Shown here one piece after another: positions 1-7,811 of a stretch of 28,114 bases of DNA. The position numbers and the translations under genes were made by a program. The notes beneath the pieces are model-generated. The model was not told the DNA's origin. It ran no database searches and was given only the letters and a program-made list of their open reading frames with translations. Numbering within the stretch: the first letter of the stretch is position 1; each line of letters begins with the position of its first letter. The stretch is from a virus (lineage: Duplodnaviria; Caudoviricetes), in the IMG/VR virus record IMGVR_UViG_3300005805_000359, positions 1-28,114 of that record, one strand, 5' to 3'.

Positions 1-332
1 CTGTAGCTACGATCCGGTGACACCAACTCGCGCCACGATATCTCTCTGCCGTCGATGATCTCATTCGTGATCTTTAGCCAGTCACGCTTGCGGAGCGCGA
101 GCTGCTGCTTTGTGATGGCGATCTGCTCCTCCCACTGCCGCTTCACTCTCTCGATCTGCTGCCGCGTGATGTGCTTGTTCTTCTCGGCCAACTCAGCCGC
201 AGCCCGAGCGTCCGCCTCTACCTTCGCCTTGGCTTCAGCGATCTTGTCCATCCTGTGCCGGTTGGCTGCGTCGGTCATGCGCTGACGCACGCCCTTGTAG
301 TGGTCGGCGAGTTCGTTCATCACCATGCTCAT
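1..332 (-). CDS. Partial phage protein running off the left edge; coiled-coil region followed by the possible start of a DnaA C-terminal-like HTH domain
   Basis: Hand-translated, not in the ORF track: MSMVMNELADHYKGVRQRM...ISWRELVSPDRSY, open to the window edge. Its ATG overlaps the upstream stop (ATGA at 329-332). The domain guess is weak. Confidence 0.6.
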   Translation of the reverse strand, partial: MSMVMNELADHYKGVRQRMTDAANRHRMDKIAEAKAKVEADARAAAELAEKNKHITRQQIERVKRQWEEQIAITKQQLALRKRDWLKITNEIIDGREISWRELVSPDRSY

Positions 333-733
333 CGGATCACCTTCACGCAGTAGTAGGGTGCGCTTGAGTGGTCCTGCGGCTTGAAGCGAGCCGTAAAGAT
401 GTCGCCCTCGACGTATCCCTTCTCATGCAATTCGCTGACGATATGCGGCGGCAGGAACACGCTCTCGCCCATGTTGTTCATAGCGTAGCCGTAGACCGAT
501 GCCGCTTCAGACGTCATCATGCGAGTGATCACGACGTCTTCCTCCGGCAGCGTTGACGACTTGCGCGTGGCGAAGCCGATGATCTTTTCAAGGATGCCGC
601 GCTGCGGTCGCGTCTTCATGTTGAGCCAGTTGTCGACGGACTGCTCCGACACGTCGAGTTCGTTCGCGAGAGCCTCGACCGATCCCGCCTTTCGGTAGGC
701 GTGGAACACGGCCTCTAAGGGTGAGTTATTCAT
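329..733 (-). CDS. XRE/Cro-like helix-turn-helix protein with an additional C-terminal beta-rich domain (134 aa)
   Basis: HTH pattern SVEALANELDVSEQSVDNWLNMKTRP. Start reassigned to ATG 733, preceded by AAACGGGAAACAAAA. Confidence 0.7.
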   Translation of the reverse strand: MNNSPLEAVFHAYRKAGSVEALANELDVSEQSVDNWLNMKTRPQRGILEKIIGFATRKSSTLPEEDVVITRMMTSEAASVYGYAMNNMGESVFLPPHIVSELHEKGYVEGDIFTARFKPQDHSSAPYYCVKVIR

Positions 734-747
734 TTTTGTTTCCCGTT

Positions 748-846
748 TCAGTTTGTGATTGCGTCGAGCACGATCATGGAGCCGCACACTGCGGCCATGA
801 ATAGCGCGAAGCCGATGCCCTCGACGATGAATGTGATGAGTTTCAT
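748..846 (-). CDS. Small hydrophobic single-TM peptide (32 aa)
   Basis: Hand-translated MKLITFIVEGIGFALFMAAVCGSMIVLDAITN; ATGA-coupled to the upstream ORF and fills the gap between two genes. Confidence 0.55.
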   Translation of the reverse strand: MKLITFIVEGIGFALFMAAVCGSMIVLDAITN

Positions 847-1028
847 AGTTCACCCATTTCCTTGAGCACGTCGAGAGCCACCAGTGCGCCATCGCGGAAC
901 TGCTCCGCAGTCTGCCAGTCAAGCGTCGAGTGGAACACGTCGTGGCGCATGCAGTCCTCAATCAGCTCGAGGTGCGCGATGTTGGTGATGCCAGTGATTT
1001 CCGATATTGATTTGATGTAGCCAGTCAT
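843..1028 (-). CDS. Hypothetical phage protein (61 aa), first gene after the sigma70-like promoter
   Basis: ATG preceded by GGGAGAAGAAA ribosome-binding sequence; coupled to the next ORF. Confidence 0.7.
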   Translation of the reverse strand: MTGYIKSISEITGITNIAHLELIEDCMRHDVFHSTLDWQTAEQFRDGALVALDVLKEMGEL

Positions 1029-1071
1029 TTTCTTCTCCCGTTTGTTTGCCGGTCAACTCGACCGTGAATCA

Positions 1072-1100
1072 GTTATAGGCATCTTCTCTAAAAGATACAA
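1072..1100 (-). promoter_or_regulatory. Sigma70-type promoter (-35 TTGTAT, 17-bp spacer, -10 TATAAC)
   Basis: Minus strand reads TTGTAT-cttttagagaagatgcc-TATAAC in an AT-rich intergenic gap just downstream of the terminator. Confidence 0.75.
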
Positions 1101-1140
1101 TAGGGAAAATGCACACAAACGAAAAATAATTCCGCGCACG

Positions 1141-1175
1141 AAAAAGCCCCACCGGCGGGAGGCACCAGTGGGGCT
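1141..1175 (-). terminator. Rho-independent terminator closing the structural operon
   Basis: Minus strand AGCCCCACTGG-loop-CCGGTGGGGCT followed by a T run; 11-bp stem with one G-U pair, about 65 nt after the stop at 1240. Confidence 0.85.
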
Positions 1176-1239
1176 GACGGAGACATCTCTCAACGCCCTC
1201 GCTTGAAACAGCGAGCAGCGCGATAGTAGCACGGTGAAG

Positions 1240-3378
1240 TTATCGCGCCAACAAGCCCTCGATGAGCGTCGGGTTCTGCCGCTCACGCTCTCCCACAGCC
1301 GCAGCAAACGGTGACGTAGGCAGGAACCGCGTCAAGTCGCCAGCGGTCTTGCGCTGCGCGGCATCAGCTGCGGATTGCAGGGTTCGTGACGCGGACGAAC
1401 CGGCCAGCATCCTCTGGGCTGCGGCCTGCTGCACCTGCTGCTTCAGCGCGTCTAGGCTTGGCTGCACGAGCGTACCGATGCCCGGCACGACAGAACCCTT
1501 CTGCATTAGGTTAAACAGTGCCGCGCCCGTGCCTGATCGGTTAATGAGAGGCACGCCACCAGACACCGGCTCCTTGAATAAGTTCTGGGATACACGCGAG
1601 ATCGTAAAAAGCATCCCCTTCTCCTCGGGCGTGAACAACTCGTCGACCATGTTGTTCTTGTTGAGCGCCTTCAGAGCATTGTTGAAGTTAGCCTGAGAGA
1701 AGCCCTCACCCATTGGCGCAGCCTTGTCCAAGAGATGCCGCACCGTAGCGCCTCGGATATCTTCCCACGCCTGCGCACCCTTCTGCGCCATCTCTGGGCT
1801 TACGTCCGTCCGCGTCAGCAAGCCCTTGAGCTTGACGACGTCGTCGACCTTGCCGCGCAGGACGTACTTGCCGAAGAAGTCTTCCGGCGCAATCTTGCCA
1901 GATACGACATCGGAGACAGGTTCAAACTCACGCGCCCTCTTCGCTGACAACTCAGCTCCGGCACGGAATTTCTGTATAGCTTCCGACCCAGCATCGCCAA
2001 CGGCGTCGGCTTGGTCAAGCATGAACGTGTCAAGCTCGCGCTTGATTTTTCCGAGCGCTAGAGCAGTACTGGGATCGCCGTCCTGTATTCTCGCATTGAG
2101 TAGCTCGCGCATTTTTGCGGCTTCCCTGATGCTAAAAGCTTTTTTTGGTTCAGCACCGGCAAAATCTCCAAGCCGTTGCAGTACCGGACCCGGTATCTTG
2201 TCGCTAAAGTCCCTAACCGTTTCAGAAATACGCGCCTCATACGACGAGAACGGAAGTACGTCATCCGCGCCGGTTGACCCTCTCGCTGCATTAAACGCAT
2301 CATCAATGGGCTTGCCAAGCTCGGCGTACATACCGGTTTTCATCTTGCGTTCACCGATGGCCCCGATAGCCGAACGACCGGCGGCGATTGGCGTATCAGC
2401 CTCCCCGACGATCATCCTCTCAAGCGCCGAACGTACTTGCTCAGGCTGCTGCCTGAAGCGGGTGAGCAAATCCTCACCCACGCCAGCGATGCCAGCCGTA
2501 TTCCGTTCTGTCGCATACTGACGCGGGTCACGCGTTGCTTGGCCCATAGTCGGCTCAACGCCGAGCGTCCTGTAGTCGCGCATACGGAGCAGCGCGGCAG
2601 GATCAAGTTGGCCAGTGACGGAGAGCTGCTGGCGTGCGTCCTGCAATAGGTTCTGCTGCATCTGTGCGGTCATGCGCGAGAAGTCGACCTCAGGCGCTGC
2701 GGCCTGTAGCCCGGTGATCAGGTCTTGCGTGATCTTGCTGGTGGGCGTGAGGACTGACGCGGCATCTCGCAGCCCAGCGCGGCCTACCTGCCCCAGTGCT
2801 GTAGCGCCGACTACTGCGGTTCTCGGTATCTCTGGGATAACTGCGCCAAGACCAGCGCCGATCAGTCCCTGCGCCGCCTTCTCAAGCCCCGTGCCGGACG
2901 GCGCAAACTGTGACACCCCAGCCAGACCGCCAGACGCGACACCGGAGAGCACACGCGGGATGATCGACGACTGACCGCCGGGTATAAACATGAGCGGTGC
3001 CGTTACCGCCGTCGAACCTAGAGCGCGGTTGAAGTCAAACGAAGCCGTATTCTGGGCCGTCCCCTTGTATCCCGTGTATGGCTTGCCTGCCGCCACCCGA
3101 CGAGCTTCGTAGTCGGCGATCTCTTTGTTGACGTCTGTTGTGTACGCCTGAGCCGCATTCGGATCAGTCGCCATGAGGTACATCTGCTTCAAGCCCTGAC
3201 CGACATCGAGAGCGCCACGCTTCAACCCCTCCATAGTCGTCGGTGCCGGGCCAAGGTTAGCTGAAGCCCCAAGTGCTGCCCTGAGCCGAACCACAGCCGC
3301 AGCGGCTTCCTTATCCCCAGCATCGGCTTTCGCTTGCGCGTTCTTCAGCGCCTGATTCATCTGATCAATGGTTGCCAT
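1240..3378 (-). CDS. Large DNA-ejection/internal virion protein (712 aa)
   Basis: Last gene of the tail/ejection cluster; Ala/Gly-rich hydrophobic segment near the N-terminus, helical body, NRSGT motif near the C-terminus; ends IEGLLAR. Confidence 0.65.
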   Translation of the reverse strand: MATIDQMNQALKNAQAKADAGDKEAAAAVVRLRAALGASANLGPAPTTMEGLKRGALDVGQGLKQMYLMATDPNAAQAYTTDVNKEIADYEARRVAAGKPYTGYKGTAQNTASFDFNRALGSTAVTAPLMFIPGGQSSIIPRVLSGVASGGLAGVSQFAPSGTGLEKAAQGLIGAGLGAVIPEIPRTAVVGATALGQVGRAGLRDAASVLTPTSKITQDLITGLQAAAPEVDFSRMTAQMQQNLLQDARQQLSVTGQLDPAALLRMRDYRTLGVEPTMGQATRDPRQYATERNTAGIAGVGEDLLTRFRQQPEQVRSALERMIVGEADTPIAAGRSAIGAIGERKMKTGMYAELGKPIDDAFNAARGSTGADDVLPFSSYEARISETVRDFSDKIPGPVLQRLGDFAGAEPKKAFSIREAAKMRELLNARIQDGDPSTALALGKIKRELDTFMLDQADAVGDAGSEAIQKFRAGAELSAKRAREFEPVSDVVSGKIAPEDFFGKYVLRGKVDDVVKLKGLLTRTDVSPEMAQKGAQAWEDIRGATVRHLLDKAAPMGEGFSQANFNNALKALNKNNMVDELFTPEEKGMLFTISRVSQNLFKEPVSGGVPLINRSGTGAALFNLMQKGSVVPGIGTLVQPSLDALKQQVQQAAAQRMLAGSSASRTLQSAADAAQRKTAGDLTRFLPTSPFAAAVGERERQNPTLIEGLLAR

Positions 3379-3387
3379 GCTGTCACC

Positions 3388-4767
3388 TTATTGGTTGAGG
3401 TATTTATTTACGTCGTCTGTAATTTCATCGACGGTTGGTGGTGCGTTGGTAGTCGAACTCTTACCTGAAGGCTTCTCTAAACGATCCAAGTAGGCTTTCG
3501 TTTCCGGTGAGATCAGCGGCATCTTTTTGAGTTTGCTTATCTCCTTAAACGCATCCTGACGGCTCAATTCGCCTGTGTAAACTCTTTCCGCAATCTGGCC
3601 ATACAGCATATTCATCTGGGCTTTGTTGCGCATAATTTGAAGCACAAGCCTATTACCTTCTGGGGTGTTCATGAGTTTTGGCAACGACTTCAACATACCA
3701 GCGTACTCAATATCAGACGTCGATCCTGAACCCTCAACTCTTAATGTCGGAGCGACCCTATTGATTATGGAAGTCAATGCTGTACCGGCATCAGACGTAA
3801 ACGGGAACATCTCAGCTATCGCGCCCTGTAGTGGGCCTTGTGGCCCCAACCCGATAAGCTCCTCCATTACCGCGAAGTCCTGCATAGCAGACGCAGCTAT
3901 ATTCCCAGCGCCATATATGTCATCTAGTCTTTTGGCTTGAAGTTTGTCCGATTCCTTATCCCCCATGTTTACAGTCGTGCCGCCAGCCGTAGACTGGCTG
4001 TATTCCGCAAAGCTCATTGGCGTTTCGCCAGCAGCTTGAGCGTCCGCGACATAGAACTTGTATTCTTCAATCTTAGACGTTTGCTTTACCGGCTCTTGAG
4101 TAATCTTCTTCGCTGCCTCGTAATACTTATTTGCGTTTTCTATATCCCCCGATGCAGCAAATATGTCCCCCGCAGCATTCAATCGCTGCACCTGCGTTGC
4201 GGGATTTTGTGGTTGCCCGACAGCCGCAGCCGCGTCCTGAGTTGGTCCACCGAAAGCACTAAGAGCCTGCGGCTGCGTCAGAGGTCCATTAGAGGCCATC
4301 ATTTCGCGTACTTGTTTAGCCGCAGGTGTCTCCGTAGCCGCAGCGATAGCCTTATTAGCGGCAATCGTCTGCAACTGTGTTGGCGTAAGGTTTTTGATCA
4401 CGTCAGCCGTCGTGCCAAGTTCTCTTGCAACACCTTCTGGGTCACGCTGAACACGTTCAGCAAACGCCCTCGTCTGCTGCATCTCGCCCATCTTCTGCTC
4501 GTTCTCCGCACCGAGCAGGCGACGCTGTGCCGCGTTGTAGATGTCCGTCTGCGCTCCACCAAATGCCGGGCCGAGCTGACCGAGCAACTGAGCACGCTGC
4601 GATCCGCTCATCGGCTGACCGGCAGCCAAGAGCAGCCCGGACACGTTGCCGAGAGTGTTCAGCGCAGCCTGACGCACGTCGCCCCTAGAGACGCCGTAGC
4701 GCTCGTCGATTGCGTTCGGGTCTGCGTACTCGCCGCCGCCAGTGAAGAAGTCGAGAAGCCCTACCAT
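3388..4767 (-). CDS. DNA-ejection/internal virion protein (459 aa)
   Basis: Position in the ejection cluster; Gln/Ala-rich helical sequence, GSGSTSDIE motif; begins MVGLLDFF; AAGGAGA RBS. Confidence 0.65.
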   Translation of the reverse strand: MVGLLDFFTGGGEYADPNAIDERYGVSRGDVRQAALNTLGNVSGLLLAAGQPMSGSQRAQLLGQLGPAFGGAQTDIYNAAQRRLLGAENEQKMGEMQQTRAFAERVQRDPEGVARELGTTADVIKNLTPTQLQTIAANKAIAAATETPAAKQVREMMASNGPLTQPQALSAFGGPTQDAAAAVGQPQNPATQVQRLNAAGDIFAASGDIENANKYYEAAKKITQEPVKQTSKIEEYKFYVADAQAAGETPMSFAEYSQSTAGGTTVNMGDKESDKLQAKRLDDIYGAGNIAASAMQDFAVMEELIGLGPQGPLQGAIAEMFPFTSDAGTALTSIINRVAPTLRVEGSGSTSDIEYAGMLKSLPKLMNTPEGNRLVLQIMRNKAQMNMLYGQIAERVYTGELSRQDAFKEISKLKKMPLISPETKAYLDRLEKPSGKSSTTNAPPTVDEITDDVNKYLNQ

Positions 4768-4778
4768 GTCGTGTCTCC

Positions 4779-5582
4779 TTAAAGCAGTCCGCGAGGGTAT
4801 TGTAGCACCGGAGGCTTACGCCTCTGGAAATCGAATTGCCGCAGCATCTCTACCGGGTCTTGCTGCGCCGACAGCGCCGCGAGCTGCGCGAACGACTTAC
4901 CGGCGTCCGCAAGGCGACCCTGCTGCACCTTAGACGCAGCCTGCTGCTCCGGCGTCATGGGCACGGGTGCGTCGATAGACCCCGGCGCAATCTTGTTGCC
5001 GATCAGGCGCATCGTCGTGGCGAGGTCTTGCGAGTAGACAGGTGCCGGTTGCGTTGCGGCTGTAGCGTTTGGCTGTGCTGACGCCATCATGGTCTGCGGT
5101 ATTACAGCGCGAGACGGGATCGACTGCTGGTAATACTCCGGCTTCTCGCCTGCGCTTGCATACGGCGACGCTGGGGCTGCGGCTTGGTATGCCGAGGTTG
5201 CCTTACTCGGGTTATCCTTCAACCCTGTCCATGTCGGTGAAAGCGCACCAAGTATGCGTGACGATAGACCCTCAGCCTGAAGGTCTGCCACCAAGTCCCT
5301 GTTTGTCCGCGCCTTGTAATCCTGCACCGCCAAGCGAGCGGCCATCTCGTCCTGCGCCTCTGGCGTGAACGAACCACCACCGAGCCTGTCGTATGTCGTA
5401 GCCGTGATCTGATACTTACCAGCAGCCGATGACGGGCCTGCTGGGCCGGGTTCGAATATGCGTGGGTGCTGGCCATAGCCCGAGAACTCAGCGCCGCCCT
5501 TCGGCGTGTAGCGCACGTTGTAGCGGCCACCGCTCTCCGGTGCTGCGATAGCTTCGAGAAGGCGCTTGAGTATTGGGTCCAT
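4779..5582 (-). CDS. Virion-associated muralytic enzyme (lambda-R/GH104-like lysozyme fold) with a low-complexity C-terminal tail
   Basis: IAAPESGGRYN (candidate catalytic Glu), SSAAGKYQI and FTPEAQD motifs; Pro/Gln/Ala-rich C-terminal half ending RGLL. Confidence 0.75.
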   Translation of the reverse strand: MDPILKRLLEAIAAPESGGRYNVRYTPKGGAEFSGYGQHPRIFEPGPAGPSSAAGKYQITATTYDRLGGGSFTPEAQDEMAARLAVQDYKARTNRDLVADLQAEGLSSRILGALSPTWTGLKDNPSKATSAYQAAAPASPYASAGEKPEYYQQSIPSRAVIPQTMMASAQPNATAATQPAPVYSQDLATTMRLIGNKIAPGSIDAPVPMTPEQQAASKVQQGRLADAGKSFAQLAALSAQQDPVEMLRQFDFQRRKPPVLQYPRGLL

Positions 5583-6115
5583 CAGACACCACCACGGTAG
5601 TAGCGCAGGAAGTCCTCATAGCTGATCGGTGCCGTGAGAGGCGTCTGCGACTGCATTGACGGGCCGAGGATACCTGAAGGCATAGACGGCTGCGGTGCCG
5701 CGAGGAGCGACTGCTGCACCATATTGCCGTAGTCCATCTGCGTCGCGGCAGACTGCGGCCCCGCGGTATTCGCGTAGTCCAGCGGGATTGCGTTGTAGAA
5801 TGGCATATAGCTTGTCGCCGGTGTCGTAGGAACATACTGCGACACGTCGAACTCTTTCATCAGTTCGTCGATGGTCTTCGGCTTTGCTTTACCGCCACCC
5901 TGACGGCCCCTGCGCTGTGCTGGGGCGTCACCATTACCGCCACCGCCATACTGCTGCCGGTATTCGGATTGGCTCAAGTTCCCGTACGGGCCATATGTGT
6001 TTTGGTTATTCCCTGAACCAGTATAGCCACCCATGTCTGAGCCGCCGATATAATCGGCATTATTACCACCAGAACTGCCGCCAAACAGTGACCCAATGTC
6101 GCTGAGTATACTCAT
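5582..6115 (-). CDS. Gly/Asn/Gln-rich low-complexity putative internal virion protein (177 aa)
   Basis: Start reassigned to ATG 6115 (MSILSDIGSLFGG) with an AAGGAG RBS; lies within the ejection cluster. Confidence 0.6.
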   Translation of the reverse strand: MSILSDIGSLFGGSSGGNNADYIGGSDMGGYTGSGNNQNTYGPYGNLSQSEYRQQYGGGGNGDAPAQRRGRQGGGKAKPKTIDELMKEFDVSQYVPTTPATSYMPFYNAIPLDYANTAGPQSAATQMDYGNMVQQSLLAAPQPSMPSGILGPSMQSQTPLTAPISYEDFLRYYRGGV

Positions 6116-6125
6116 TTCGCTCTCC

Positions 6126-7241
6126 TTATGCCGCAAACGCACGGCGCATTGGCCCGAACCCGAGGTTGACAGCCTTGCGACCGCCGATGTCTTTTACCTG
6201 ATCGGGAAATTTCTTCTCGATGTCCTGCGCCATAGGCCCGACGACCTTCGGGTAGGACTTCGGGTCACCCTTGTAGCGGTATGCGTACAGGTCGAGTCCC
6301 GTCTCTTTGTCTTTGCCCATCTTGGTGATGTCGGTCTTCATGCCCTCATCGGACGCTCCAAATAACATCGACCCAATATTAGCTAACCCAGTCCCGGCTG
6401 AACCAAGCCCACCGAGGAATGACAGCAATGAATTGCCACCGCCAGACGTTGACTGCGTCGTCGTACCGATATTTGGCACGGAAGACGTAGCCCCGATGCG
6501 CAAGTTGAGCATATCAATCGGGTAGTTCCGCTCAGCTTGGTATCTCTGATACGCGTCATTCAGAAGCGCCTGCTGCTGCGCCTGCTGCGACTTGCCAATG
6601 TTCTCCAGAGCCGCAGCGTCAGCGTAGAGTGCGCGTTGACCGGCACCGGCAATGTCGGACAACTGACCGCCAGCCCGAAGCCGAAGCTCCTGTCCTTGAA
6701 GTGCGCGGTTCATGTCGGACTGCATCAAGCCAGCCGCCGTATCGTAACCCTGAGAGCGTATCTTTGCGCTGAGATCGCCTGCCTGCCGCGCAGTCTCGAC
6801 GTTCGACAGTGCTTCAGCGATGCCCTGACGAGAACCGCCAAATGCACCGGCTGTTCGAGCACTCTGGGCGATGCCCTGCTGCGACCTGAGCCGCTGCGCT
6901 TCCAGACCGCCCAGAGCGTTGGCCTCGACGTTCTGGAGGTACGGGTTCATGTACGCCCCGATATCGCCTCCCGTGAACGTGCCGGGCTGGTATCCCGCGA
7001 CCGAAGCCGTAGTCCCGAGAGATGCGCCATACGCTGGCTGATACGCGCCAATGTTCTCGCGTGTCATGTTGTACGACGCGATCTGGTCTGGCGACAGACC
7101 GGCGACGGTCTGGCCACCGTACTGCTCGAACGGTCGCTTGGCGATTGCGTCCGCGATTGCGATGTTCTCACGCGTCGGCTGCTCCAGCCACTTCGGGAGT
7201 TCCTGCCTCGACGTCGTCACTTGAGGACTACCACCACCCAT
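6126..7241 (-). CDS. DNA-ejection (pilot-like) protein with a C-terminal peptidase S74-like intramolecular chaperone domain
   Basis: MGGGS start, YMNPY and GAFGGSRQ motifs, Gly-rich hydrophobic stretch, then SDEGMKTDI...YRYK...GPMAQDIE...VN. Confidence 0.75.
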   Translation of the reverse strand: MGGGSPQVTTSRQELPKWLEQPTRENIAIADAIAKRPFEQYGGQTVAGLSPDQIASYNMTRENIGAYQPAYGASLGTTASVAGYQPGTFTGGDIGAYMNPYLQNVEANALGGLEAQRLRSQQGIAQSARTAGAFGGSRQGIAEALSNVETARQAGDLSAKIRSQGYDTAAGLMQSDMNRALQGQELRLRAGGQLSDIAGAGQRALYADAAALENIGKSQQAQQQALLNDAYQRYQAERNYPIDMLNLRIGATSSVPNIGTTTQSTSGGGNSLLSFLGGLGSAGTGLANIGSMLFGASDEGMKTDITKMGKDKETGLDLYAYRYKGDPKSYPKVVGPMAQDIEKKFPDQVKDIGGRKAVNLGFGPMRRAFAA

Positions 7242-7246
7242 GTCTC

Positions 7247-7609
7247 TTACTCCATCTCAAACGTCATAACGGTCTGCACCGTCTTCCAACCCGCCTCCTG
7301 AAGAGGCTTAACCAATCCGTGTCTCACGTATGCCCGACCGTAGTCGCACCCGTGAGCCTTTGCCAGATCGAGCAGCTCAGGGCGCAGAGCCAAGACGCTG
7401 TCGAGATCACCGGCGCACAGAAACACGTCGATCACGCGCCTGCGTGGATATTCACCAATCTGGGTGACGATGACGGCACCGTCGTTCCAGATCGCCTGCA
7501 TCGTACCATCCCGCAGGCACTGGATCACGTCATCCAGATCGTGCGTCGATCCGCTCTTAACTAGGCCGCGCTCCATAAGCGCGATGATCTTGTCTTCACC
7601 GAATCCCAA
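7247..7609 (-). CDS. GNAT-fold-like virion assembly protein
   Basis: VIVTQIGEYP...FLCAGDL...AKAHGCD...RHG pattern; lies between the tail hub and ejection genes as in podoviruses. Start codon uncertain. Confidence 0.55.
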   Translation of the reverse strand: MGFGEDKIIALMERGLVKSGSTHDLDDVIQCLRDGTMQAIWNDGAVIVTQIGEYPRRRVIDVFLCAGDLDSVLALRPELLDLAKAHGCDYGRAYVRHGLVKPLQEAGWKTVQTVMTFEME

Positions 7610-7811
7610 GCGGCACCGCCGTTGACGTCAGCACCCCGGCGTTGCTGACTGTGATCCGATAAACAGAGCCATCCGGTGACTGCAACATGATACCACCAAC
7701 TGACTGCGTAGGCGAGATGGCCTCGCCCATGGCCTGCTTGATGCTCTCAAACGCTGAAGCCATGTTCGATGCGTTGTACTTCTCCGGTGGCGTGGGAATG
7801 TTGAACTTCAT
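7596..7811 (-). CDS. Small tail-associated protein (71 aa)
   Basis: LQSPDGSVYRITVSNAGVL motif; translationally coupled to the tail hub gene. Confidence 0.6.
   Translation of the reverse strand: MKFNIPTPPEKYNASNMASAFESIKQAMGEAISPTQSVGGIMLQSPDGSVYRITVSNAGVLTSTAVPLGIR

Noticed and set aside
734-961. N-terminal extension of the HTH gene given in the ORF track (329-961)
   Set aside because: Overlaps two better-supported small ORFs; ATG 733 has its own RBS-like sequence.
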